The position numbers and the translations under genes are program-made. From Schizochytrium sp. TIO01 (Eukaryota; Protista; Bigyra: Labyrinthulomycetes), in the NCBI GenBank assembly GCA_004764695.1, contig SMSO01000037.1, forward strand, positions 2,642,747-2,706,746: a DNA stretch of 64,000 nucleotides, read 5' to 3'. The notes under the pieces were generated by a model. It was not told the origin of the DNA, ran no database searches, and was given only the letters and a program-made list of their open reading frames with translations. Shown here piece by piece: positions 47,831-59,851 of this stretch. Each line of letters begins with the position of its first letter. The stretch's first letter is position 1.

Positions 47831-50800
47831 TGGTCTGGTCTATCCATAACAATTGAACGACGTGACGAAGAATGCGCCAGCGTCGCCATTGTATGGCGGC
47901 GTCTAGGAGCCGAACTCGACTCCTACCTGTACAGCTGCTGGTGGTGCAACGCGAAGGCTGCCCAGATTTGATTCACGGGTTGGCCCCAGCCTTGCGCGAG
48001 GCACGAGCAGTTGCAGCGTTTCTTCGCCATTCACAAGCCTTGCGAAGCTTGACTCCTCTCCCACTGAGGCGCAGATCCAAAGCAGAAGCGCTCCTTCCCC
48101 TCCTCAGTCTCCCTCCGTTGGTGCCACCGCAGACTCGCATGGTAGGGCTCCGCTGTGGGTAGCAGCTTTATGCCACGCCTACTGGAGTTCACGCGCCTGC
48201 CCCTCCCGGCCCCGCAGCGTGCCCCTCTTTTTTGGGAACTGGGGGAGGGCTCGAGCTGGCAGCGCGTCAGGGGCAAGCACAGAGCTTGGCTGTAGCACTG
48301 GAGGGGAAGCTTGCGAAGGTGAAGATAGCTTTCGGCGAAGAAGCTAAATTGAGCTGTAGCTGCCGAAAAGGGAGCTACGTTGAAGCTACTGGTACGGAGG
48401 GAACCTATGTAAAAGCTCAGTAGCTTCAAACCAAAGCTACTAGCTTTCCGAGCCGGCGCTTTGCAACTTTTGCGACCGCTTAAACTTTTGCAAGCGAGGC
48501 GTTGAACTGGCAGAAAGAAGCCAACGGCGGAGACCCGTGGCCGCCTGGACTTTGAGCAGGAGCAACGAACGGGGAGATCTTGAGTCAACTTGGATCGAGA
48601 GTTACTTCGCTTAGCAGGAAAAGCTCGTCTGCAACCGCGCCAGAAACGGCCCGATCGCGAAGACCTCTCGTTTGCTCTTATTTTCATTCAAGGTTATTAT
48701 TCTTAGTCTCTGCAGGTAGTCTTATTTTATTTCGTTTTGTAATCTTGTTCGCTCAGGCTTTTCAAGTTGGTTCTTCTGTCAATGATATTACCTTTTTTTT
48801 TAATTACTTTTTACCCTTTTTTTTTTTTTTTACTTTTCCGATTAAACGTATTGTAACGCAGATCATGGGAAGCGGGACGGAAATCTTTGACTTTCTGGTG
48901 TTGATTGATTTCTGCTTGAAACTCGCACTGTCAAATCTCTAAGCACGGTAATCTAATCTGCAAGGATGCCATGGCATTGGGTTTTACGGGGTCGGAGGGA
49001 TGCAAGTCAAGTGTTCAAAGAACCTCTCCAAACTCCACGATTCCCTTAATTTTAAATATCTTGTGCCATTTTATTCAATTAAAAATAAACTTTTAAAATT
49101 AAAGAGCATAATACTTTTACAAGATGAAAAAATAAATCAACAAAGAATCTGGCGGCCCACAACTCTTCTCCATCCTCAACGTGTTCTGGAGATCTAAAGA
49201 CTCGCTGGCCCTCCAGTATAATTGTATAACTGTAGACGCACTGCCGCGATGCATGCTGCAAGTCGCAGCCATTTCGCTCGTGGGCGGACCAGCCCTGCGA
49301 CGTTTCCCCAGCGAGCGTGGCCAAATGTCTCTCTAGCTAGAGTATTCAATGAAGATTTCTCTCAATAAACAACCAACCACTGTGCCCTTATCGTCAACAT
49401 TAAGACACAGATGGCGCTTTCTTCTGTTCCTTTCCGTGTTACATTAGGTACCGATACAAATTAACTGCTGCCAACAGCCGCAGAGGAGGTCGCGTGGCGT
49501 GTTCATGTACAAACAAACATGCGACCACTCCTTAGGACCACCGAACCGCAGTGTCATTCATTCATTCATTCATTCTCTGCTGCGGCGATGAATGAAAGCT
49601 CTGCCACGTTGTAGTCAGCCTCAGTCAGTCACCACACGGACGCTTGTTCGACTGTCGATGGCGATCGGGAATAACTTCGCAACGAGCACGAAGGCAGGCT
49701 TTCTTCTGTGATACAGAGTGTGCGTGTGTGTTTTTCAGGAGTTTGAGAAAGGCCTTCCCCGCGAGCCACTCTTTTGTCCCCCTAAGCCGCGCTTTCTTCT
49801 TCAAGAGCTCGCATCCCAAGCTCTTTCCTGACCGGCTCAAGTACGTGCAGAGAATATTTTACCTCATTAGCAGCAGAACGTCTCGTGCGACGTCCTTTTC
49901 TTCGCTTTTGAGTTTTAAAAGCTTTTATAAATCATTCAAAATAGCGGCGACTGGTAGTAGAAGAGAGGGTCATGACATCATTATTATTATTTTATTTATT
50001 TATTATATATTATGTGTTTTGTTTTTGTTTTTGTTTTTGTTTTGGGGAGGGGGGGTGGTTATTCTGTAGTACTTTAACTCTTACTTATTTGTTTTAAGTT
50101 TCGAGATTGGCGATCCTCGCGAACGAAGCACGCTCGGGGCAAAAGCTGGCGCCTGGAAATATAATACAAAAGGTACCAGGATTAAAGTACGTTGACTGAC
50201 GAGCAGAAGAAACGCCTGTCCAAATGAATCTCTATCTTGAGAGAGGCTGTTGACTTTGATATACACGTCAGACTTTGATTAGTCACATTTTTCTTTTAAA
50301 AATTTAACTGGAAACATTAAACCAGAAATGTAGGCAGAATACAACAGTCTGGTGCTAGAATGAACAGGGCTCAAGATGATGAATAATCGCAAGAATCTGC
50401 AGAGTTTCCATCAGAGTCCTGAAGACTTGCATTCGCAAACCATCTGTATTGCAACAAGTAATTCCAAACAGCGTCGACTTGCACCAAAATTGCTACCTAA
50501 ACCTGCTGCGCTTGTTCACAAACAGTCTTGAAGCCCTCGATGCAATGTCTAGCTCTAGTCTGCAACTCAACTCGAAACCTGTCCAACCAATCTTCAACAT
50601 GGTGTGTGATGCAGTGCAACTGTTACAGTACCCAGCGACTCTTCCCTTTCAAAACCCAAATTTCTTTATTCTGATTTAAAATTTATTTTCATTCAACTTT
50701 AATTTTAAATAAAATAAAATATATATGTGTATATAATCCTAAAAGAAATAATAATAAATCACAATAAACACTCATTCAAGAGGAACAAACTAACTACACC

Positions 50801-53800
50801 TACTTTAGAAATGAGGAACTCTAACTCGAAGGGGTAAATCGCTCTTGGCCAAATTCCGCACATCTCCCTCTGAGTGGTAGTACTGCCAGGGCACCCTGGA
50901 TGCGGTCCAAATTAGTAAAATTTAGATGGAGATGGAGCGAAGGCGCCTTTGTCATCGTGCAAGGCCACCCGAAGTGCCAAGCGGCAGCGCCGTGGAGGCG
51001 AGAAAATCGAGGGCACGTGGGTAGTCGTTGATGAAAAGAGCGCCGCCTTGCAAACTCATGCTCCACACAGCCCACAGCGGAAGCTGCCCCGCAGCTGACA
51101 TGGCTGTGAGTATTTCCACCGATACCTGCCTAGGCGCCTTGCACGCGCTGTGGGGCGCTTTCACGTGAGTCCTGGTGGCGACAATGATTGCCGTCCAAGC
51201 CTTTGCTTCGGCTAGAGCAGAAGCTAGCTGCGAATGAAAGGGAGTGCAGAAAAATGGTGGTATGGTGATGTTTGTGTCTGCTTTCCTGTAGAAGAAGTCC
51301 TGCTTCTGAGACTATGATACGTACTCAATCCCCTAGGCTGATCTCTCTTTGAAGTTGGGCCTCCTTCAGCTCGCTCGGCTCAGAGTTCGCCTTGTTCTAC
51401 AAAGCAAGGTAGCTTGTCTTTTCCGTGCTGCAGCTTTCCTTTAAAAGCAGATTTTTTAAAAGCAGATTTGGAAAGCAGTCCAGCATTTCGAGTAAGCTAG
51501 AAGCTTTTTCGTGTTGATCTTCTGATCTTTCGATCCTTTTAAAGTTTTTTTAGTTTTTTTTAATCAGCTTATTGCTATTATTATTAAATTGATTTTATTA
51601 AAAAAATGAATCATTCATTCAAAATATTCTGCTTTTATTCAGTCTTTAGAAATTCTTTGTTTGTATACACTTTCGAGGAGACTACTTTATTTTCTCTTTT
51701 TTGTTAACAAAAAAAAATACTTTGAAGAACAAAACATCTTTACAAATATTTGTTTCCTAATTTCAACACCCCTTCTCATAGTAAGTACTAGTATGCTCGC
51801 CTCCAAAAAAGGGGGTACCCAGGAAGTCTTCTTATTCATACCTGATACTTTGCCACTTTTTTCTGTGTCATCAAAGTCAAAGTAGATCATGCCTAGCAGC
51901 CGCTAGCTAAAGCGTGAATGAATGCTTTCGTTCTTAGAGTTCGTGTCGAGATTCGCTTCATTGACAATCGACGTCTGCGAGTACGTTCGTACTGCTTTCG
52001 CCCTGTGCAGAGGCGCCGAAATCAGGAGCACTTTGACGCCCGATATGACTGATTCTCATTGAAAATCCGTTCGCTCCTTTTGACAGAGCGAGCGCAAAAT
52101 GAAAATATGGAGCTGACAAATTCTACTAAGACTTTACATTCATTTGCCATTCGATCGATCAATCACCGATCGGACCGCGCAGCTCTGGTTGATATCGAAG
52201 CATCCCGAGGCCGGCCTTGCCTTGTCGCCTTCACTGGCTCAGTCAACACTTGACTGGCCTCACACAAAACCACCGCCAATCGACGCGGTCATGCCAAGCT
52301 TCTTGCTCTAATAGTCCCAACACCTTTGTTTGAGGAGAAATCTCGACACCATTTCATCCCCGTCCTCGAAGCTGATCTCAGAACTTCGCCAATGGAAACG
52401 GACTAAAACATTCATGGCAAGATGAATCGCGATCAACTCGGACAGCCTGCCACGGGATGACGCCACCTCCCTGAGTACCGGAAGACACTCCGAGACACTG
52501 CGCTCGAAGCTTCTCTCTGAACCTTTTGCGGTGGACCGTGCAAATCTCACTGCCCCCCATTGGAGGTGGCATTGCGAAAGTATTTGTCGAAACCAGGAGA
52601 ACACAGCGGAGCGGGAGGTCCAGAAGCCGAGACTTTCAACGCGAATCAAGTGTGGACTGATGGCGCAGGTACAAACTAGATTTTAAGGGAAGTCGATGAT
52701 CTAGTGCTATATGCGCAAAGGCTTACAAAAAGTCAGGCTTCCTTGCTCATATGAGTGTGGCTCACGTGACCTCATCATAAGGAAAACTTGCGATGACGAG
52801 CTCGGTGCCAAATCGACAGCGAGAACCTACACTCTTTGCATATCGACGACAGTATAAGTAAAATACCCGACCGGCTACCGATCAAACCAAACTAGCCATT
52901 GCCCCTTATCAATCGTTTCTCGATTGACCATCAAATCAAACAATAAATCGGTTCTTTGCAGTGACGGGAACTTTTGCTGAGCTAGCGTAGTTGCATATAA
53001 ATTCGAAGAGCGTCAGCGACTTGAAAACACGTTACTCAATTAGACCACGATTGACACGATTCCTTCAAGCGAGAGATGCCGAAATTTGTCCTGCACGTGT
53101 AGGGAAGTGCGTGCTAAATAACCGAGGCACCGGAAGGCGACCTAAACTTTCAGATCATAAACAATGTAACTTGTAAAGATCGCTCCTCCTACAGAGACAG
53201 CTTCATGATGTACAGACGCTCGGCAGCATTAATCCTATAGGTTGATTTTGATTGTTGGTCGGGACTCACTCAATCATTCTTATTCCGTTTTCTCAAGCAT
53301 ATCCAAGTTAAAACAGAAGTAAATCCTGCTGTTACTAAATACAACGTTAGTATTGGAATGGAATCAGTTTTTATAATTCAAGAAAGCACAATTATCAATA
53401 TCATCTAAAAAGACATAATATCATATGATATGCGCGAAAGTCAATTTTAAACAAGCTTTCGAGGCTTCAAGCTGTTCCGTCAATCATCGAAGCCCCAACC
53501 TACTCGTTCTGCATGTTCAGAAGCTGTATGTAGCTCCTCAGAACCAAACTCAACCGTGGGCAAGAGAGATCCCTTAATGTTGTTAAGCCCTAAGTTTTGT
53601 TTCCCAATATTTGACGTGATAGATTAATGCACCTCTAAGTTGATTTCTGGGATCACAAAGTGCCAAGTAGGGTGCGATCACATGTCACAGGCTTCAAGTT
53701 GTTCAATACAAGGTTTCCACTGATGATCATTAATAAAGTCTGTTTTCTTGAGTCCTCGATATAGATTAGGATATGACTCAAATGGAACTTGACAGTTGGT

Positions 53801-54296
53801 TTCAAACGTAACCACTTTCGCTCGCAAATTCTAGTTGTTTTGTTTTTGTTTTGTTTTTTAATTCAACGGCGAAGGTTACTGAATTGCAGATTGAGACAAT
53901 ATTCGAAAACAAGTACTTCTGAATTTCGCAATCGACGCCTCAATCTCTAGTCTTCTTTCCGACGATTATCAACATCAGAGACAGGAAATAGAATCTGCGC
54001 AGTGCTTCTAGCCAGATGGACGTATTTCTACTTTTCTAACCATCGTGGAAAACGCCAGGGTTCATAGTTGCCAATGTCCTAGGCTCTACCACATCTCGCG
54101 AAACACAGGACTAAGTAATTTAACATTCTATTCCAAGCTTTAACCCCAGTTCTGTGAATGTACGACTATATCGCATTATCAAACAACTAACATTTCCCAA
54201 CAAGGTTAGGACGAGAATGTATGTCCCAAACGAACCCGCAAGACTCCCACCGGACTTGACCCCGCGTCCGTCCTTTGTCTGATACGTTATCGTTGG

Positions 54297-55382
54297 ATGG
54301 AAATCTCGTCTGCCCTCTTCACTCCGCAAGCTAGCCCCGTAATCAACTGTCAGATTCGTGCATGCCGTGTCTTCTCTGCGACGCCTGTCCGTTTACTTCG
54401 TGCAACATCCTTCCGGGCCGGCCTTCGAGTGTTCCATAGGGTCAATTTAGAACCCTCGCAGTGCCGTCGTAGGAAGCGCAAGCCCGAAATTCCTCAGCAA
54501 CAGCCGCGCTATCATTCTTCGAACAACAACCGTGAAGACCTCCCAAATACGGGCAAGACCCAGGGGGCGGGTGGGCCCGGCGTGGCATGCGTAGTTCGAG
54601 CTGATGAATCAATCGATCTCATGTGCTCTTATGCAGGACTAAAGGTAAAGCTGCTCATAACGGCACAAACGCTTCGAGGGTGGTCCATTTGGCGCATCCG
54701 TTTTCTCGCAGAACATTCGCCAGCCGGGATGAAGAAACTTCAAGCCCAACGAGTGGCCCGGCGAGACTCCCAATGACCTTCTCATCGAGTTCTCCAGGCC
54801 GTCGCCGGGTCCTCCGACTGGTAAGTCGGAGTCGATTGTGCGTGCAAAATATGGCTCAACTGGAACGTCGTTGTAAACGTTGTGCTGCCGCCTACAATTT
54901 GACGCAGCAACGTAGTTCCTATGATGCGACGGGGTTGACCGATTGCGCGAGCTCTGTTATGGCTGTCCTTCGATCGGTTCTGACTTGATCTAATTTGTGC
55001 GGCGGCTGTTTCTGAAGAGATCTGGCTTGGACGAACTAAATCCTTCGCTTCTCCCACCCGGCCACCTGCTCCGAATTTCCTTGGACCGGATTCTGCAGGG
55101 AAACAGAAAACCACGAGCTTGCCAGAACAGCGGTGCGCGAGTAGAATTCGAAGCGAGCAAGTTAAACGGTATGGAAGACCCCTGCTTCTTTGCAAGAACC
55201 CTATTTGCGCAGCTGCGATTAATTGAAAGCATATGCCTTATCTTCGCAACCAATGAGAGCGGTGGCGTGTGAGGGATTCATTTGCTGAGACCAACTTTCC
55301 TGCGGCTACTGCAGCGAAGATCGCAGAAAGAATATGGGAGATGGGCACTGCAGACCGCATCATAAGCATCGTAAATAGGTAA
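54297..55382 (+). pseudogene. Possible decayed reading frame of unknown family
   Basis: One frame runs 362 codons with only 7 internal stops, first 159 codons open from an ATG, no microsatellites; no domain recognised. Confidence 0.2.
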
Positions 55383-56457
55383 ACCTAAGCATTGCTTCGT
55401 TTCTGGCAAGAGTTCAGTATATCTATATATTTATAGAGCTGTTATTTTGGTTTGATAGTAGATTTAATGTTTTACATACTGTGGCAATCACAGTTTTTTG
55501 TACAATTGAAACCAGAAAACACACCCAAAAAACAATATAGTTCCCGGCAAACTTAAAGATGTTAGCACTCCAGGCAAGCTGCATTTATGTACCATCAAGC
55601 CACAGGAACTGCTGTATTCGAGAGGCACCCTTCTATTCCTATTTGCTGCGCAGATTGCGTGCGGAAATGATCTGCTGCGTCCTTAAAGCTGTTGTCTTTT
55701 TAACCATGTCCCTATTCCCAGATTTAGTAACACTAATACTACTTTTGCTTTGACTTACTTTGCACAACGAAGGTAATTTCTTATTTGGTAGGAGGTACCA
55801 CTATGTTGAGAGGCATTTATTTAACTTACAGCTGTTGCTGATTTGGCAGTATTGGCCTAAAGAAACACAGATAACGAAAAGGGAAGAAAGCAGAGAATTA
55901 ACACTGAGTAACTATAATCAGTTTAAAAACATTTTTACTACGGTAGGCACATTTATTAATTTTTTTCGCCAATTATCCCACTGCTCGTGGGAGTGGCAAG
56001 GACGCAGACTTCGAACTGCCGCAAGCTCGCATAGCTCGAGGCCAGGGCTGAGCAAACCTGGCACAAAAGCCGAGGGTGCAAAGAACCGGATGGCCTGTTG
56101 AACTTCATCACTTCAGGTTAATCGGGTTTGCAGGAAACCTCTATTATAAGGACTATTCTGTTTCGTTTGCGCCTCATCACACACACTCAGTCTCGCTCGT
56201 ACATTGATTTCGCTCGAAACTTAACTCCTCGCTTCAAGGACCCAAGTGCGTGGGCTGAGGATCTGATAGACCTCTGCACAATCAAACAGTCTGCTCCCCG
56301 CCTGCAAAAAGACCTGCGTGGCCCAAAACTGATAATTCCGTTGCTGCGACTCACCAGGTTCGTCTCAATCGTCGTATTGGCCGACTCACAAAGGCTTTCC
56401 GATTATAGCTATTGGAGCAGCTATACTTGTTAATTTCCAGTCTTGCAAAAAGGAAAC

Positions 56458-59319
56458 ATGCGAAGGGTATTTGCGGGGAAACAACAGACTTCGCAGCATT
56501 TGCAGCAATGTGATGTTGAGGGCCATCGAGCGGAAATTGACCAAACTGAAGATTTGGAGCAAAAGCTGGCAGGACCTAACTTGACGAACTTGCCACCTAG
56601 CCCAAGGAAACAGACAAAAAGCAGCAATTTAAAATCTCAGCCACAAAATACGAGACCCATGTCACCGCGGAAAAACTCAAGGCCGGATATCTCCAATAAC
56701 GACGCAGGGCTTAGTGTTTGTAGCAGATGTAGTTTAGGTTTTATTGTTTTGCTCACACTCGCGCTATTAGTCATCAGACAGCTACGCATCGATGAGATGC
56801 ACAAAGATATTGAGGCTGGGCTTGAATGCTTCCCACTCTGTGCGAAAGAAGAGGTATTTCGCCACGCACGGGAGCAGACCGGTTCGTATGAAGACGTCGG
56901 ACCTGAAAACTCGGCAGAAACTGCCCTGGTTAAAGATGCGCAAATTGAGAGCACCTCTGCTAGTGCAACAGTCACAAGCGGCTATGATGAGGATGCTGAT
57001 GAAATTGGTCGCAACATTGATAATTATAATTTTCTACCTGAACTCGAAATCTCACCGGAAGAAGAATTGGCGGCGAGGAAACGCGTACTGGCAGAGTTTG
57101 GCATTTCCGAAACAAACTCATTTGGATCTGTCCAAGAAATACATGACCACATCGGCTACCGCTGCCCGGCACTACGCCACTGCGGAGACAAAATCGCACA
57201 AGGACAGATCCATTTTGGTAGTGGGCAATTTATCGACAAAGTATTTCATCCTCACTCGTGCTGGCTATACAACATCCGTGGCAGTGAGTATTGGTTGCAA
57301 TCATCAAAAGCAACAGAAGAGATTCAACAATTTGCGATATTCCTTGACTTCAAGTCCAAGAATTCACCCCCGGCTTTATATCTTGAAGTAGCTGCATCAA
57401 AGAATAGTCGTTTTGAATATTTCTACATGAAACCTCCTGCAACTTACGCGGCAGAGAAGGCACTCCAAGCAACTTTACGAGAACTAATCGAATCGAAACT
57501 TGGAGTGAATTTAAACTCCGTTGCGCTTAGCGTAATGGTGAATTGGCCAGAGGTGGGTGATACCTCTTTGGGAGCTGCACGCCGCATCCTTCGCATAGTT
57601 AACCTCTTGCCGCTTCACAGCGCAGAGGTTTACTGGCTTTTGCGATCTTTTTCCGCAGACCCTACAGAAATCATCCAGATCATTGAAGATACAAGAGAGG
57701 CTACAAAGGCCGTGAAGACAGTCCAACAATATGCAGACTCCTCGGTACTTGTTCGACGAGGGCAAGTGTCAATGATACAGCTGCAGTCATTGGCGATTCC
57801 CCAAAGACTTACTCTCGACCAGATTCGCGCAACACAAACAGACCTGAGTAATAGCAACCTTCCTCCGTCTAGCTACTTGTTTGTTGACGCTCGATCCCGA
57901 CGAGTCGATTATGCCGGAATTGAGCCTAGTAGTGCAGATCACCTTGTCCAGCTCGCCTCGGTACATCTTTCGAAAGACGCTGCAATGCAGGGTTTCAGCC
58001 TGAATGTGAACAGGGACCTTCACTTGGTTGTCTTTGATGCTCAGGGGACAGGTGCAGATGCACAAGCTGTTGCACAAACTCTGTTATATCATGGTCTCGT
58101 TAACGTGTGGATTCTAGATACACAGGACGTAACTAAGATCTCAGATGCCATGAAATTCCTTCGCCAAGAAGATCGTCTTGCTGAGATATATAACCACACT
58201 GCACCGCTTCGAAGTCTCGATCTTTTTGCGCTGACACTAACAATGCCACGTGCAGTGGCAGACCCAAGCGTTTGGGCAGGTACAGGTGATGTTGTTGCAA
58301 ATCTCGTATTGAATGTAATGTATCGGAGACAGATCATGGATGCTGCCAGCGCCCAATCGGATCAGCACATTTGTGCTTCCGAACAGGATTGCACAACTTG
58401 CACCCCACTGGTTGGCCGTTTCCCAGCCAGCCGCTTGTCATTTGAACTGATTACTAAGTATCTGCATGCGTTTAGTGTCCCTGCCATCATTGAGCTTTCG
58501 CCTACCGAAAATATCTTTGATGGCACATGGGAAACGTTGTATCGTGATCAAAGGCAGCTTGATGTTAAAGTTCGAAGAGATTATTCCCGAGCCAAAACCC
58601 GTAGCGAAGAATTTATCCGCCTTGGTGAATTTCTTACTCAATCTGGGATCGTGAATGCTGAGGGCAAACAAATTCCAGCCAACAAAACTGATATTAAGCT
58701 TTCTGAGGAGTCTCCGCCCCTATATGTCGGCAACAACAAGCTTACTCCTGATTTAATGCGCGCATATCAATTCAAGTATCCCAAATGGGTCACTCGGTCA
58801 CTCCTACAAAGACCCTCCATGTGGATGGGACCCTATGGTAGTTTTAGTGGTTTACATGTTGATCATTCGAATTTGGGAAACATGGCTTTCCAAGCATTAG
58901 GTCAGAAAAAATGGTACTTCTTCCCACCCAAAGCCACCCCCTTCATGTATGGGCGTCGCCGAGGCATTGTCATCTGGTCACTCGTGAATGACCCTAGTAA
59001 GTATGGCTTTGGGAGACGCGAGAAGTTTCCAGAGTTTAAATATGCACTTTGTGAGGGTCTTGAAGTTACGGTCAACGAACACGAACTTCTTTACAATCCT
59101 CCCGAATGGTGGCACGCAGTTCAGAACATTGACTCGTCGCTGATGATTAATTTTTGGATTAAACCAGAAGCTCAAATGCCACCCAACTTACAAGGTTTGG
59201 CAACTTCTTCCTCAACTGCAACACAACAAAAACGCCCTGTAGCTAAAAAAGCTGCCCCCCCGCGCGGAAAGAAGACAAATATAGCAATGAAAAATAAGCG
59301 CTCCCTTGGTAAAACGTAG
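56458..59319 (+). CDS. Membrane-anchored JmjC (cupin-8 type, 2-oxoglutarate/Fe oxygenase) protein, 953 aa from first ATG
   Basis: C-terminal MWMGPYGSFSGLHVD...GQKKWYFFPP...LLYNPPEWWHAVQN...INFW gives an intact HxD...H triad; one N-proximal hydrophobic helix LGFIVLLTLALLVI. Confidence 0.88.
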   Translation: MRRVFAGKQQTSQHLQQCDVEGHRAEIDQTEDLEQKLAGPNLTNLPPSPRKQTKSSNLKSQPQNTRPMSPRKNSRPDISNNDAGLSVCSRCSLGFIVLLTLALLVIRQLRIDEMHKDIEAGLECFPLCAKEEVFRHAREQTGSYEDVGPENSAETALVKDAQIESTSASATVTSGYDEDADEIGRNIDNYNFLPELEISPEEELAARKRVLAEFGISETNSFGSVQEIHDHIGYRCPALRHCGDKIAQGQIHFGSGQFIDKVFHPHSCWLYNIRGSEYWLQSSKATEEIQQFAIFLDFKSKNSPPALYLEVAASKNSRFEYFYMKPPATYAAEKALQATLRELIESKLGVNLNSVALSVMVNWPEVGDTSLGAARRILRIVNLLPLHSAEVYWLLRSFSADPTEIIQIIEDTREATKAVKTVQQYADSSVLVRRGQVSMIQLQSLAIPQRLTLDQIRATQTDLSNSNLPPSSYLFVDARSRRVDYAGIEPSSADHLVQLASVHLSKDAAMQGFSLNVNRDLHLVVFDAQGTGADAQAVAQTLLYHGLVNVWILDTQDVTKISDAMKFLRQEDRLAEIYNHTAPLRSLDLFALTLTMPRAVADPSVWAGTGDVVANLVLNVMYRRQIMDAASAQSDQHICASEQDCTTCTPLVGRFPASRLSFELITKYLHAFSVPAIIELSPTENIFDGTWETLYRDQRQLDVKVRRDYSRAKTRSEEFIRLGEFLTQSGIVNAEGKQIPANKTDIKLSEESPPLYVGNNKLTPDLMRAYQFKYPKWVTRSLLQRPSMWMGPYGSFSGLHVDHSNLGNMAFQALGQKKWYFFPPKATPFMYGRRRGIVIWSLVNDPSKYGFGRREKFPEFKYALCEGLEVTVNEHELLYNPPEWWHAVQNIDSSLMINFWIKPEAQMPPNLQGLATSSSTATQQKRPVAKKAAPPRGKKTNIAMKNKRSLGKT

Positions 59320-59851
59320 AGGCGATTTAAGCTTTTGTTTTGCTGTCGTCTCTTAGTTTCCGCACTTTTTGAAAGACACTCCTGAAAGGTTCTTGAAACT
59401 TGAATCGGAAAACTGTCGTCACTTTGTTAGAAGGATTTAATGCTTACATCACTACCAACTCAGATTTGGTTGAGATTATAGCTTGATGTGCGCCTAAGAA
59501 TGAAATTGTGGCAACAACTCAGATTCAGATATATAAAATATAAATTGCATTTTAATCTTTTGAATAGTCTTTTTTGTTAATTATAAAGAACTTGAAACGA
59601 GAAATATTATTTCTGTACACGTGAACACTGCACCGATATAAACGACTGCAGTTTGAACAATGCTCCCGTCGTCCATCGCAAGTTATGGAGGTGAATATTT
59701 TCAAAGGACATTGTCCGAGAAGGTTTGCAGGCCAGTGAGGCACGCTTCAGAAATGGTTTGCTACGCGGGAATGAAAAAGGTCATTTTGTTTGCTTTGGTG
59801 GGATGGTATGTTCTCACACTTCCTAGGCGGTCAAGAGAAACCTTCGTGGGT

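Noticed and set aside
54297-55382. TGA recoding (selenocysteine or alternative code)
   Set aside because: An in-frame TAA lies at 54822, the channel and phosphatase genes end in TGA, and no selenoprotein motif or SECIS was recognisable.
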